DNA of 64,000 nt from an uncultured Chloroflexia bacterium (GTDB taxonomy: Bacteria; Chloroflexota; Limnocylindria; Limnocylindrales; CSP1-4): positions 1-64,000 of the forward strand of contig CAVTHS010000002.1 of NCBI GenBank assembly GCA_963734535.1, in the 5' to 3' direction. A program made the translations under genes and the position numbers. Below are positions 26,721 through 37,992 of this stretch, in pieces. The notes beneath the pieces are model-generated. The model ran no database searches. It was not told the origin of the DNA and worked only from the letters and a program-made list of their open reading frames with translations. Positions within the stretch are counted from its first letter, which is position 1; each line of letters starts with the position of its first letter.

Positions 26721-27251
26721 TCAGCGCCCGAACCGCGAGCCGGCGACGTCGGGGACGCGGCCGGACAGCAGGTCGTCGAGCATGGTGTAGATCAGGTCGG
26801 CCGACGGCGGGCAGCCCGGCAGGAAGACGTCGACCTTGACGACCCGGTGAACGGGTGTCGAGGTCGGCAGGAGCCGCGGCACGATCTCGGACGGCAGCTG
26901 CGGGTTGAGCGTCACGTTCTCCATGTAGGCCCGGTCCAGCAGGGGCGCCACCCCGATCGGGTTGCGCATGCCCGGGACATTCGAGGTGACGGCGCAATCG
27001 CCGAAGGAGATGAGCGTCTTCGTGCGCTCGCGCACCAGCTTGATCTTGTGGAGGTCGTCCTCGGAGGAGACGGCGCCCTCCACGAGGCACACGTCGACGT
27101 CCTCGGGGTAGTCCTTGTAGTCGACGAGGGGGCTGTAGACGAGGTCGGCCCGCTCGAAGATGTCGAGGAGGCGCTCGTCGAGGTCGATGAGGGACATGTG
27201 GCAGCCGGAGCAGCCGTCGAGCCAGACCGTGGCGATGCGCGGCTTGCTCAC
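26721..27251 (-). CDS. hoxY: Hox hydrogenase small subunit
   Basis: WLDGCSGCHMS, VEGAV, GDCA, PGCPP. Confidence 0.95.
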   Translation of the reverse strand: MSKPRIATVWLDGCSGCHMSLIDLDERLLDIFERADLVYSPLVDYKDYPEDVDVCLVEGAVSSEDDLHKIKLVRERTKTLISFGDCAVTSNVPGMRNPIGVAPLLDRAYMENVTLNPQLPSEIVPRLLPTSTPVHRVVKVDVFLPGCPPSADLIYTMLDDLLSGRVPDVAGSRFGR

Positions 27252-27964
27252 AGCCCACGCTCCTCGGCCACGACCTTCATCCAGGGCAGGAACGGGCGGC
27301 GGGTCTTGCTGCCGCGTGCGACGGCCCGGCCCTTCTCGAAGAGCGCACCGGTCGGGCAGACCTGGACGCACTTCCCGCAGCTGGTGCAGGTGGTCGATTC
27401 GCCCCACGGGATTCCCATGTCCGTCTGGACCCGGGTCTCCAGGCCGCGATGCATGATGTCCCACGTGTGCGCGCCCTCGATCTCGTCGCAGACGCGCACG
27501 CAGCGAAGGCACAGGATGCAGCGGTTGTGGTCGATGGCGAACAGCCGGTGGCTGGCGTCGATGTCGACCTTCGGGCTGATCCGCGGCAGGTCGAAGTGGG
27601 TCACGCCAAGCTCGTCTGCGGTGTCCTGCAGCTCGCAGTGATTGTTCGCGACGCAGACCGCGCAGACGTGGTTGCGCTCCATGAACATCATCTCGGTCAC
27701 GGTCCGGCGGTACTCGAGCAGGAGCTCCGAGTGTGCCGTGACGTCCATGCCCTCCGAGATCTTGGTCATGCAGGCCGCGGCGAGCTTGGGGGAGCCCGCG
27801 ATCTCGACCATGCACAGGCGGCAGGCGCCCCGGTCGTGGATGCCTTCGAGGTGGCAGAGGCCCGGGATGTCGATCCCGTTCTCCTCGGCAACCTCCATCA
27901 CGGATTGCCCTTCCGAGCCGGCGACGTCCTTGCCGTCGATCCGGAACGTGAAGACGGTGGTCAT
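27248..27964 (-). CDS. hoxU: Hox diaphorase Fe-S subunit
   Basis: [39 protein letters not shown]. Confidence 0.95.
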   Translation of the reverse strand: MTTVFTFRIDGKDVAGSEGQSVMEVAEENGIDIPGLCHLEGIHDRGACRLCMVEIAGSPKLAAACMTKISEGMDVTAHSELLLEYRRTVTEMMFMERNHVCAVCVANNHCELQDTADELGVTHFDLPRISPKVDIDASHRLFAIDHNRCILCLRCVRVCDEIEGAHTWDIMHRGLETRVQTDMGIPWGESTTCTSCGKCVQVCPTGALFEKGRAVARGSKTRRPFLPWMKVVAEERGL

Positions 27965-29616
27965 GCCATCACCTCTGCCGGCTCGATCGCGCAGACGCCG
28001 GCGGGACAGACCCGGTCCACGATGTGCGCCAGGTACTCGTCCCGGAAGTAGCGGAGCGTGCTGAAGATCGGGTTGGGCGCCCCCTGGCCGAGCCCGCAGA
28101 GCGACGTCTTCTGGATGATCCCGGCCAGGCGCTCCAGCTGGGCGAGGTCGTCCATGGTTGCCTCGCCACGGGTGATCTGGTCGAGGAGCATCCAGAGCTG
28201 CGTCGTCCCGACACGGCAGGGGACGCACTTGCCGCATGACTCGTCGCGGCAGAAGTCCTGGAAGTACTTGGCGACGTCGACCATGCAGGACGTGTCGTCC
28301 ATCACGATCATGCCGCCGGACCCCATGAACGAGCCGAGCTCGATGAGCGACTCGTAGCTGACCGGCATGTCGAGGTGCTCTGCGGGGATGCAGCCGCCGG
28401 ACGGGCCGCCGGTCTGGACGGCCTTGAACGGCCGGCCGTCGATGATCCCGCCGCCGATGTCGTAGACGATCTCGCGCAGCGACATCCCCATCGGGACCTC
28501 GACGAGGCCGGTGTTGACGACGCGGCCGGCCAGCGCGAAGACCTTGGTCCCCTTGCTCTTGCCGAGGCCGATCGCCGCGTACCATTCCGGACCCTTGCGC
28601 AGGATCGTGGGCACGCTGGCGAATGTCTCGACGTTGTTGATGAGGGTCGGGCAGTCCCACAGGCCCTGGACCGCCGGGTAGGGCGGCCGGGGACGCGGCG
28701 TGCCGCGACGGCCTTCGACGGACGCGATCAGCGCGGTCTCCTCTCCGCACACGAAGGCGCCGGCGCCGAGCCGGACCTGCACGTCGAAGTTGAAGGAGGT
28801 GTCGGCGATCCCCGCGCCCAGGTACCCGGCGCGCTGGGCCAGCCGGATCGCCGTTCGGAGGCGGGCGATCGCCAGCGGGTACTCGGCACGGCAGTAGACG
28901 TAGCCCTCGGTGGCATGCACCGCGAACGCCGCGATGGCCATCCCCTCCAGGATTCGGAACGGGTCGCTCTCGAGGACGCTGCGGTCCATGAACGCGCCGG
29001 GGTCGCCCTCGTCCGCGTTGCAGATGACGTACTTCTGGGTGCCCTGTGCCTTGGCGACGGTGGTCCACTTGAGGCCGGTCGGGAACCCGGCGCCCCCACG
29101 GCCGCGCAGGCCGCTGCGGGTGATCTCCTCGCGAACCTCGGAGGAGGTCATCTCGGCGAGCACGCGCTTGAGGGCCTCGTAGCCGCCACGCTCGAGATAG
29201 TCGTCGAGGCTCTCGGGGTCGACGCGACCCATGTTCTCGGTCGCGACCCGCAGCTGCTTCTCGAAGAAGGGTCCCTGCGGCGCTCGGGTGTCGTCCGGCG
29301 TGACCTTCTCGAGGGCCGCGACGATGCCACTGACGTCGTCCGGCGTTACGTGGGAGAAGAGCTGGCCGGTCTCGGCGATCTCGACGAGCGGGCCGGCCGC
29401 GCACAGGCCCAGGCAGCCGACGCGCTTGATGGCCACGTCCGTGAGGCCCGCCTCGGCGGTCTTCTCCCCGAGGCGCAGCGTGATGTCGTGGGCCTGGGCC
29501 GACATGCAGCTGGCCGCCTCGCACACGTACGCGGACGCGCGGGTCGGGCCTTCGTGGACTTCTTCCGTGATCACGCGGCGGCGGATGGGCCGCGCCGCGG
29601 CTGGCATCTCGCTCAC
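27961..29616 (-). CDS. hoxF: Hox diaphorase FMN/NAD-binding subunit (NuoF-like)
   Basis: [45 protein letters not shown]. Confidence 0.95.
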   Translation of the reverse strand: MSEMPAAARPIRRRVITEEVHEGPTRASAYVCEAASCMSAQAHDITLRLGEKTAEAGLTDVAIKRVGCLGLCAAGPLVEIAETGQLFSHVTPDDVSGIVAALEKVTPDDTRAPQGPFFEKQLRVATENMGRVDPESLDDYLERGGYEALKRVLAEMTSSEVREEITRSGLRGRGGAGFPTGLKWTTVAKAQGTQKYVICNADEGDPGAFMDRSVLESDPFRILEGMAIAAFAVHATEGYVYCRAEYPLAIARLRTAIRLAQRAGYLGAGIADTSFNFDVQVRLGAGAFVCGEETALIASVEGRRGTPRPRPPYPAVQGLWDCPTLINNVETFASVPTILRKGPEWYAAIGLGKSKGTKVFALAGRVVNTGLVEVPMGMSLREIVYDIGGGIIDGRPFKAVQTGGPSGGCIPAEHLDMPVSYESLIELGSFMGSGGMIVMDDTSCMVDVAKYFQDFCRDESCGKCVPCRVGTTQLWMLLDQITRGEATMDDLAQLERLAGIIQKTSLCGLGQGAPNPIFSTLRYFRDEYLAHIVDRVCPAGVCAIEPAEVMA

Positions 29617-30105
29617 ATTGCCTCCAGTTGGGCAACCAGGTCGCCCACGTTGACCTTGCCCCTGACGTCGCCGTCGACGATGACTGCGGGCGCCAGGCTG
29701 CACGCACCGAGACAGCGCGCCGTCAGCACCGAGACCTTGCCGTCGGTCGGTCGTCTCTTTCGGCTTGACGTGAAGCGCGCGGTCGATGCCGGCCAGGATG
29801 TCCTTCGCGCCATTGATGTAGCAGGCGGTCCCCGTGCACACGACGCAGGTGTGCTCGCCCTGCGGCTTGAGCGTGAAGAACGAGTAGAAGGTCGCGACGC
29901 CATACACGCGTGAGTGGGGAACCCCGAGGGTGTCGCCGACGTAGTTCAGCGCGTCGGTGTCGAGATATCCGAACGCTTCCTGCGCGGCATGCAGCGCTTC
30001 GATCAGGGCCGGTGGGCGATCCCCCAGGCGGCGCATCCGCGTCTCGACGATCTTCCAGCGCTTGTCGTCACTGGGGGCCGGTGGCTTGTGGTACTGGATG
30101 GGCAT
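29613..30105 (-). CDS. hoxE: Hox subunit E (NuoE-like 2Fe-2S), frameshift near 29750
   Basis: [28 protein letters not shown], then [10 protein letters not shown] in ORF 29613..29903. Confidence 0.92.
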
Positions 30106-30599
30106 TGGCCCCCCTCCAATCGGGTGCGGAAGGCGACGACCGGCCAGCAACGAGCCGGCCGCGTTGTTCACGAGGTTGGGAGGACCCACTGGTCAACCAC
30201 GACGAGCATAGAAAACACGGGCCGCGCCGCCGGGTGCCGCACTTCCCGGTTCTGGGGGGCCGCTTCGCCCGTGTGCGGCCCGGGCCGCTGGGGGGTCATG
30301 CGGTGGCGGCTACGCAGGCGATCGCCAAGTCCGGGAAGCCGCCCTGCCCATGAGAGGCGGCAGTTGGGGCCCGCCGCCGCCCGTGCCGGCCGCCCAAGCG
30401 GGGCCGCCGTCCCGTGACGTGCCGGCCGCCCAAGCGGGGCCGCCGTCCGACGGCGGTGCCGTGCCACGATTCCGCCGCGGGCCCGGCCCGCGCCGGCTCG
30501 CGCGGGGCGCGCCGGTGCCGCCGCCGCCCTCTCGGGGAGTCGCCCGATCGGCGATCGCCGTGGCAAACGCCCGGTAGTCGCGATACGGCGCGGGCGCGT

Positions 30600-31223
30600 C
30601 GACCATCGGCACGGGACCGACCGATGGCGCGCGGCCCGTCGCACGGATCGACCATCAGCAGAAGGCGGCCGGAGATCAGCTCGGTCGATAGCGTCGATGG
30701 CGGCGCGACCGCGGATCGGGAACGCGCCGGCCATGACCTCGCGATTCGCGAACAGGAAGGCATCGGCTCCGCAGTCGCGAGCACGAGGGCCGCGATCGCC
30801 ACCTCGGCGACCGCCAGCCTCGCCGTCGGGCCGCGTCCAGGCACAGGCGTGCATACCGGTCGACCTGGCGTTCGAGTCCGCCGGCGTCACGCAACTCGGT
30901 CTTCATCTCGACGACCAGGAGACGCCGGATGCTCGCGCCGAACGCCAGCAGATCGATCCGACCGCGCCACGGCCGTCGACGATCTCGCGCTCGGTGACGC
31001 AACCGAGCCCGGCGCGCTCGAGCACGCGCCTCGCGGCGCCGACGCACCGCGCGTGGCCGGATCACGCTGGCGTCGACCGTCGCCCGCGTAGGGAATCTGC
31101 GCCTCCAGGCGAGCTCGGCGTCGAGGGCCACGCACAGCCGCTCGAGTGTGGCGATCTCGCCGACATCGCCCGTTTCGATCACGCTGACGACGGACTGCGG
31201 CACGCCGGCGGCCGTCCGAGCAC
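30600..31223 (-). pseudogene. XRE-HTH + PD-(D/E)xK nuclease-like gene, multiply frameshifted and IS-interrupted
   Basis: AGVPQSVVSVIETG...TLERLCVALDAEL (HTH), then RIDLLAF...LLVVEMKTEL (D...ExK). Boundaries approximate. Confidence 0.65.
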
Positions 31224-32596
31224 GGCGCGGTCCACGCGGTCGATGCATCATCTCGTCGGCGCAGGCCAGGAATTGGCCACAGGAGGTGCGCGGATGGTGG
31301 GCGGCGAGGATGCGGGGTTGCGGTCCCGGCAGAAGGCGGACTCCGGCGCCGCTGGGCGGCAGGGGACCGGCCCGGAGATCGCGGCGGTCGGAACGACGGG
31401 TGCTCGGAACCCGCTCTCCGACGTCGTCTCCGAGCGGAGGGCATCGCGTCCGCGGCGTACCGGCGCCGCCGAAGCCGCGCTCCCCGCTGCGCCTGCGGCC
31501 GGCCGGCCTCCGGAGGGATCGCCGCGGCCGGGTCGGCCTGTCCATTGCCGCCGAGATCGCCGCCGGGCCACCGGTCGCCCTCGAGCGTCCCGGGGTCCCG
31601 CAACGGCGGCCGCGAGCGGTACGCGTGGCCGGCGGGCGGGCGACCGGCCCGGGACCGAGCCCGACGCCCGAAGACCGCGCGGCTGGCCCGCGACGCCGCG
31701 CCTGGCCGCCGAGGTCGAGGGCCTCCTGCTGCGGCGCTGGTCGCGCCCAGCAGAGTCGCGCAGCGCCTCCGCCTGGAGCATCCTGACGAGCGGGGCTGCG
31801 GGTGAGCCACGAGACGATCTACCAGGCACTCTTCGCTGCGATCCGAGCCGGGGCGCCCTGCGCCGGGGGCTCGACCGCCTCGCCTGCGGACGGGGCGGGC
31901 TCGTCGCCGGGCGCAGGTGCCCGCCAGTGGCCGCGGCGGCGCGCATGGCTTCGCGATCTCGCGGGCGTCGCGAGGTGCTGATCCGCGCTCCAGGACCTCG
32001 AGCCGGCCTCTCGAGGTGCGAGGACCTCCGCGCGCAGCTCGTTCCCGAGCTACTGGGGGCGACCGGAGGGCGATGCCGCCCTCGACGTGGCGCGTCGTCG
32101 GGTACGTCTGGCAGCCGCGGAGCGCCGCCTCCGTCTGGGCGTGGAGGAAGTTCCGTAGCGTCGTCCTCGACGCCCGGCCGTGTCGGGACCCGCCGGCGAC
32201 CTCCGCCGCGATGGCGCTCGGTCCGTCGGGATCGCGACCTGAGCTGGGAGCACTCGAAGCGGATCTTGACCGCGATCCGGCGGCGCTCGGTCAACTGGTT
32301 GACCCGCCACGGGCCCTGTCGCGAAGCGTACCGAAGCGGTTCCCGACGAGGATCAGGGCGCGCGTCTAGTTCGTGTGGACGCTCGTGAGCCCGCCATGGC
32401 AGCGAGGCACGAACGAGAACACCAACGGCCTCCTGCGCCAGTACCTCCCGAAGGGCATCGACCTCGCGCCCTATTGACCCAGGCGGCGCTCGACGCCATC
32501 GCCGCCGAACTCAACGGCCGCCCTCGACAGACCCTCGGCTGGATGACACCATCTGAGGCGCTCGCCGCGGTGTTGCGATGACCGGTTGAATCCGCC
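31224..32596 (+). mobile_element. Degenerate IS30-family insertion sequence
   Basis: Transposase fragments [54 protein letters not shown] and LNGRPRQTLGWMTPSE. Right end TGTTGCGATGACCGGTTGAATCCGCC; imperfect left IR at about 31224-31250. Confidence 0.8.
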
Positions 32597-32967
32597 CCGC
32601 TTTGACTGCGACTCCACGCTTGCGATGGGCCCTGGCGATCGGCTGGCACGATAATCGGTGCAGGCCGGCCGGCTGCCCGGGCCGACGGGCCGGCTGCCCC
32701 GGCGACGGGCCGGTGCGGGTCGGTCGGGCCTGGCAGCCGACCCTCACCCCCCAGCAATCCGGGAGGCTCCACCGATGCCGGGCTCCACGAAGCGAGCGAC
32801 GCCGGCCCCCGCCGATGCGCCGCCCGCTCCGGGATGTGATACGCCTGCCGCCGAGCCGGGTCGGGCCTCGCGGGGGAGCGTGGTCGGCCTCGCCGACCGG
32901 AGCCGGCCCTGGCCGGTCCGGGCCGGCGCCCGCCCGGCCGACCAGCCGAGCCGGCAGGGGCCAGCCG

Positions 32968-34308
32968 CTACCCCGCGGCGCGGAGCTCCGCCTCGGCGTC
33001 GGCGACCTTGACCAGGATGCCGGCCCGCAGCGAGTCGAGCCCCGTCCACACGCCCTTGGTGGCATTGCTGATGGACGTCAGGTTGCTCTTGAGCGTCTTG
33101 ATGGCCTCCAGCTGTTCGCGCACGCCCGCGAGGGCCCGCGCGATCGCCGCCGCGTCGACCTCGACCTCCCGTTCGTCCAGCGTGGCCATGGCCAGCAGGC
33201 GGGCCAGCCGGATTGCCGCCGCCAGGAAGGCGGGTTCCGGAGCGTCCGGGTCGACGACGCAGTAGACGTCGCCGCCGATGACCGTGAAGGGGTCGATGCC
33301 CGAGGGCGCGTGGGCCGGGGTGAACACGATGACGCCGACGGACGCGCCGCGGTTCTCCTTCGCCTCGCGCAGCTCCTCGCGGATGGCGCGGAGAGACATC
33401 GGGCGATCCTTCGCCTCGACGACCACGCGCACGTCGTGGCCGCGGGTGAGCCCGGGGTCCAGGGTGAGGACGAAGTCGCCCTTCTTCGACTTGAGGACGG
33501 AGCCCGTCTCGGCCGCCGTCCGGTCCAGCAGGTCGCCGGCGCCGCGGGCGCCCTCGGCGAGCAGGTCCTCGAGCAGGTCCTCGAAGTCGCCGCCCTTGGC
33601 GGTGCCCTTCGCGCGCTCCTGGGCGCGGGCGTTCGAGGCGGCCTCCAGCGCAGCGATGCGCTCGTTGAGCTTGTTGAAGCCCTCGGTCATCTCGCCCCGG
33701 AACTGGAAGAGCGGCGAGCCCAGGCGGGTGGGGTCGAGCAGGGTGGCGAGCTTGCTGCCGTCGCCGTCGATGTACGCCCCGAGGAGCGACTTGATGCGGC
33801 CGATGGCGCTGTCGCGTTTCGTCTCGTCGAAGAGCTCGTCCGTGAGCGAGCGGAGCTTGCCGCGGTCGCCCAGGAAGGCCTCGAGCGTGCGCGGGAGGCG
33901 CCCGTCGCCGTCGGCGAAGTTCTGGCGAAGGAGCTGGTCCAGGGCGGTGGCAGCCTTGGCGTTGGCGTCCTCCGTCTGGCGCAGGAGTGTTGCGAACTCG
34001 GCGCGGACCGCGTCGACGTTGACGGTCACGCCGGCGTCCATGAGGGCGGTCAGGCCGATCTTGAGGGCCCGCTCGACGAGGACCGCGCGCTCCTCGGCGG
34101 GGCGCTCTGCGACGAATGCGGCCAGGCTGGCGTCGACGAGGACCAGGCGGTCGACGACCATGCGGTCGCGCTCGACCGAGATGCGCGTGGCGGTGGCCGG
34201 GGCGCTCGCCGGCGTGGCGACCGGCGGCAGGTTGGTGGCCGCCGAGCCCGGAATGGGCACGCGGCCGGCGGGGGAGGGAAGCGTCACGAGGTTGGCGGGG
34301 GCGTCCAT
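32968..34308 (-). CDS. Coiled-coil protein with C-terminal PD-(D/E)xK-like domain (DUF2130/RmuC-like)
   Basis: KGGDFEDLLE...KKGDFVL...VVVEAKD motif flanked by long helical segments. Confidence 0.7.
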   Translation of the reverse strand: MDAPANLVTLPSPAGRVPIPGSAATNLPPVATPASAPATATRISVERDRMVVDRLVLVDASLAAFVAERPAEERAVLVERALKIGLTALMDAGVTVNVDAVRAEFATLLRQTEDANAKAATALDQLLRQNFADGDGRLPRTLEAFLGDRGKLRSLTDELFDETKRDSAIGRIKSLLGAYIDGDGSKLATLLDPTRLGSPLFQFRGEMTEGFNKLNERIAALEAASNARAQERAKGTAKGGDFEDLLEDLLAEGARGAGDLLDRTAAETGSVLKSKKGDFVLTLDPGLTRGHDVRVVVEAKDRPMSLRAIREELREAKENRGASVGVIVFTPAHAPSGIDPFTVIGGDVYCVVDPDAPEPAFLAAAIRLARLLAMATLDEREVEVDAAAIARALAGVREQLEAIKTLKSNLTSISNATKGVWTGLDSLRAGILVKVADAEAELRAAG

Positions 34309-34337
34309 GGCCCGACTCTGGGGGCGGGCTGTGCCAG

Positions 34338-34490
34338 CTAGGGTGTCATTGTCTCGGAGAGCAGGCGGAAACCCGCCGAGCGCAGGTACTCGTACGTCTC
34401 ATCGAGGACCGGAATCGGCGGCACGAACACGACCGTCACATCGCGCGCTCGGGTCAGGAGTATCCGATAGGCGTTCAGGCGACCGCCCGT
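34338..34490 (-). pseudogene. C-terminal remnant of a DUF2075 (Schlafen-group helicase) gene
   Basis: RLNAYRILLTRARDVTVVFVP...LDETYEYL resembles helicase motif VI of DUF2075 proteins. No P-loop upstream. Confidence 0.6.
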
Positions 34491-35019
34491 TGGTCGATCG
34501 CGGCTTCGGGCAGTCTCCAGGGTGGGCACGGGATCCATCGACCGCAGGAAGCGTGGGTTCGCCGCCAGGTCGGTCCTTCGTCCGTCTGACTCCGGGTTCG
34601 CCTGGGTACTCACCTTGCCGAGGCCTTCCCGGCGACGCCGAGCCGTCGCGACGGGCGACGCCCGAGCACGGCTCCGAGGTTCGTGAGCGCTGCGCCCGCG
34701 TGGGCGCGAGGGTCGGTGAGGAACTGATCAAATGCGTGTCACGCGAGCGTCAGGGTGGGCGGCACGGCCAGGCTGTGGCGTCGAGGTGCCCGCTGAGCGT
34801 GGCGGTGGCCAGGGGATCCTGTCATCTGACCGTCACCGTGCCGATCTGATCGGATTGGCCCGTCGCGACCCGGCATACGGTCCGCATGGCGAGCAATTGA
34901 GAGGATGGTGCGGTGGACCCTGACCTGGCGGTGGCCACTGACGCGGTCCGCGAGCGCCACAATGTCGGGGATCGGCGGGATCGGCCGCTGACAACCTCGT
35001 GATCCAGGGAGATCCCGCG

Positions 35020-36024
35020 ATGCCGTTCTCAGTGAACCTCGGTGGGCTTGGGTCGCTCATGCACCGGACGGGATCCGCGCCGTCGCCGTTCGACGCGATC
35101 AACGGGACGCGACTGGCCGGACCGCAGGGAAGCCACCCGCTCCACTCGGTCATGGCGGAGGAGCTTGTCCGCGCGAGCGACGGGCCGATCACCGGCGAGA
35201 TCAGCCTCGACCACCCGGCGCGCGTCGGGGAGGGCATCACCGGGACGATCCGCCTGGCCGCGACCGAGCAGGTGATCGCCCGAGGCGCCACCCTGCGGCT
35301 GGTCGGCCTGCGCCTGGACGAGGTGACGCGCTCGCAGGAGAGTCGCGACAGCGACGGGCACGTGACGAGCTCGGAGCACTGGGTGGAGGTCCACGGCACG
35401 CTCTTCATCGACGACGCGTTCCCCGAGCCGGCCATCCCCCCGACCATGGAGCCGGGAACCACCTGGGAGTCCCGCTTCGCCGTCCCGGCCCCGCCCCTGG
35501 GGCCGCCAACCGCGCACCTTGGCGAGTCGATCGTGGCGTGGGCGCTCGAGGCACACTGGGACATCCCGCACGGACACGACCACTTCGTGGCGGCCCACGT
35601 GCCGCTCGCCCAGCACCCGGACCTGTTGCGGGCCGGCGTCGGCAAGCAGGGGGGTCCGAGCCTCCTGGATGGCGTGTCGATCGGCGACGCCATGATCAGC
35701 GTCACCTCGCAGCTGCCCGCTTCCGCGGGTTCGGAGATGGTCGTCAGCGTGCGCTGGCCCTCGGCCCCGGGCGGCCAGAAGGGTCGCGTGGAGCTGCACC
35801 GCCGGACGAACGCGCCGAACGGCACCGAGGGAATCATCGCGTCGGTTCCCATCGACCCGGCGAAGCTGGCAGCTGGCGAAACGGAGGTGCGGCTGGTCGT
35901 CCCGCCGGGCTCCGCGCCATCGTTCGACGGGGCGGGCCTCGAGATCACCTACGTGGTCCGGGTGCTCGTCGACCGACGCTTCAGAACCGACGCGGCGATC
36001 GAGCGGCCGGTCGGGATCGTCTGA
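35020..36024 (+). CDS. Arrestin/Spo0M-like beta-sandwich protein
   Basis: GEGITGTIRL...ARGATLRLVG, FAVPAP...PPT...WALEAHWDIP, and a second similar repeat (PSFDG...ITYVVRVLVD). Confidence 0.55.
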   Translation: MPFSVNLGGLGSLMHRTGSAPSPFDAINGTRLAGPQGSHPLHSVMAEELVRASDGPITGEISLDHPARVGEGITGTIRLAATEQVIARGATLRLVGLRLDEVTRSQESRDSDGHVTSSEHWVEVHGTLFIDDAFPEPAIPPTMEPGTTWESRFAVPAPPLGPPTAHLGESIVAWALEAHWDIPHGHDHFVAAHVPLAQHPDLLRAGVGKQGGPSLLDGVSIGDAMISVTSQLPASAGSEMVVSVRWPSAPGGQKGRVELHRRTNAPNGTEGIIASVPIDPAKLAAGETEVRLVVPPGSAPSFDGAGLEITYVVRVLVDRRFRTDAAIERPVGIV

Positions 36025-36068
36025 CCTCCCGACGCGAGCGCGGGAGTTCCGGTGGAAGGAAGAAGCCG

Positions 36069-36362
36069 ATGAAGGTGCTGGCGCTCGGCCGCGACCTGGT
36101 GGCGGAAGACGACCCGCGGTTCGCGGACCTGCGGGCGGCGGAGGCCAGGGCCGTCTGGGAGCTCACCCAGGGCGACGTCCTCCGCGAGGTCTACTTCGAG
36201 GCGGATCGGCCGAACGCCGTCCTCGTCTTCGAGGTACCCGACGTCGCCGCGGCCCGGGCCGCCCTCGACAGCCTGCCGCTCGTGGCTGCCGGGCTCATCG
36301 ACTTCGATCTCGTCCCACTGCGGCCGTACCCGGGCTTCGCGCGCCTCTTCCGGGAGGCGTAA
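36069..36362 (+). CDS. Muconolactone-isomerase-like small protein
   Basis: AEARAVWEL...REVYF...AVLVFE...LDSLPL...FDLVPLRPY. Confidence 0.7.
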   Translation: MKVLALGRDLVAEDDPRFADLRAAEARAVWELTQGDVLREVYFEADRPNAVLVFEVPDVAAARAALDSLPLVAAGLIDFDLVPLRPYPGFARLFREA

Positions 36363-36408
36363 GGACGATCCTGCCCGGGCCGTGCGTGCCGCTCCGCTTG
36401 TGGGGCGC

Positions 36409-36972
36409 TCACCGCTCGATCGCCGCTCCGAGGTTGCGGATCAGGTTGAGCCCCGCGGCCACCTCCTCGCGCGGGGCGTAGGGGCCGGGCATCAGGAAGC
36501 ACGGGCGGGCGGCAAGTGCCATTCCGTCGATGCGACCCCATGGCTCCGGGATGTGCCGACCGGCGCAGGCCTCGGCCGCGCGCTTGTAGACGAAGATGAC
36601 CGCGGCAGGTCGCCAGATCGCGACCTTCTGGAAGAGCGGGCCGACCCCCGCCCGAAGCTCGGTCTCGCTGGCCGCGTCGCGCGGAGTGGGGAGCTTGAGC
36701 AGATCCGTGATCCCGTGGCCGGCTGCGACCAGGGCGTCGTCTGCGGAGGCGAGATCCGTGTCGGCAGGCAGGATCCGCGCGACGACCAACCGGCGCCAGA
36801 ACGACTGCCCGAGGCGGCCGCGATGGTAGTGGCCGGCCTGGACGCTGACCGGCGACGGGTTCAGGCCCACGAACAGCAGGCGACCCGGCTCGGGCGGCAG
36901 GTCGGCCAGCGTCTCGACGGGAAGACCGTCGATCACGAGCGTGATCCGGTGGTCGTCGGTTTCTTCGTTCAC
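36409..36972 (-). CDS. Mismatch-specific uracil/thymine DNA glycosylase (MUG/TDG family)
   Basis: LLFVGLNPS...GHY...FW, GITDL...PT, MPGP. Confidence 0.8.
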   Translation of the reverse strand: MNEETDDHRITLVIDGLPVETLADLPPEPGRLLFVGLNPSPVSVQAGHYHRGRLGQSFWRRLVVARILPADTDLASADDALVAAGHGITDLLKLPTPRDAASETELRAGVGPLFQKVAIWRPAAVIFVYKRAAEACAGRHIPEPWGRIDGMALAARPCFLMPGPYAPREEVAAGLNLIRNLGAAIER

Positions 36973-37067
36973 GGACCGAAGGGTAGGGGATGCCCAGCCT
37001 CGCGTGCGGCATCCGGGATCGTCGGGCCAGGCCGCGTCGTGCGCCGCGACCGGGCCGCGCGGACGTC

Positions 37068-37649
37068 CTACGACGCGCGTCCGATCTCGGTCGCCTCCGG
37101 CACCTCGACCAGCCGGCCCGTGTGGACGTCGTAGAGGTACCCGTACACCGGGATGCGGCCGGGCACGAGCGGGTGATCCCGGATCCGCCGGACGTCGTCG
37201 ACGACGCTGCCAGCCTGGTCGGCGATCGTGAGCCAGTCGATGTTCGCGCCCTCGGTGGATCCCGGGCCAGGCCCGACGTCGCGGAACCCATCGGGTCCGA
37301 GCGCGGCAGTCTCCAGGCTGCTGGCGAGGAGGCCCCGGATCGCCTCGTCCGTGAAGAGCTCCATGCCGCAGTCGGTGTGGTGGACGACGAACCACTCGGC
37401 GGTTCCGAGGAGCTTGTACGAGATCACGAGCGAGCGGATCGCATCGTCGCTCGCGCGGCCGCCGGCGTTGCGGATCACGTGCGCGTCGCCCTCGCGCAGG
37501 CCCGCGTACTTCGCCGGGTCGAGCCGGGCATCCATGCAGGTGAGGATCGCGATCCGCCGGGCAGGCACAGCCGGGAGCTCGGCTCGTGGACCGAACGATG
37601 CGGCGTAGGCCGCGTTGGCAGCGAGGACTTCGTCGAGGACGGCGGACAT
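37068..37649 (-). CDS. Beta-class carbonic anhydrase
   Basis: TCMDARL, RNAGG, HHTDCG. Confidence 0.95.
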   Translation of the reverse strand: MSAVLDEVLAANAAYAASFGPRAELPAVPARRIAILTCMDARLDPAKYAGLREGDAHVIRNAGGRASDDAIRSLVISYKLLGTAEWFVVHHTDCGMELFTDEAIRGLLASSLETAALGPDGFRDVGPGPGSTEGANIDWLTIADQAGSVVDDVRRIRDHPLVPGRIPVYGYLYDVHTGRLVEVPEATEIGRAS

Positions 37650-37992
37650 GGGGACGCACTCCTGGGAAGCGGGCCGGCGACGGACCCATGGGACACGGCG
37701 CTCGCCGCACCGACGCGGGAAGCCAGATCAGGGTCGGCGGCCCTCCGCCGTCGCGGAGAGGAGACAGAACGGCCGCGGCTCCTCGCGGATCCGCGGCCCC
37801 GTGACCGGCGTCGACCCGGTTCGACCGGGCAGGTCGAGCAGCGTGTCAGGCGCGCGCCTCCATACGGCGGGGCCGCCGACGACAACACCGCGCCTCGAGG
37901 ATCGCCCGGGCATCTGCCCGATCAGTGCTCACCCGGCAACAGTAGCCGAGCCCCCGAGGGGGCGCAACGGTCGTATCCACCGCGCAACGGGC

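Noticed and set aside
30154-30172. Rex operator upstream of hoxE
   Set aside because: Only one half-site (TTCACGA) matches, with no palindromic partner.
27961-30189. Apparent HoxE-HoxF fusion
   Set aside because: A frameshift near 29750 causes it. HoxE's second Cys pair and stop (29613) lie in another frame, overlapping the hoxF GTG.
37728-37913. Cys-containing leader peptide upstream of carbonic anhydrase
   Set aside because: It has a single Cys, no clear RBS or attenuator, and is indistinguishable from a random GC-rich ORF.
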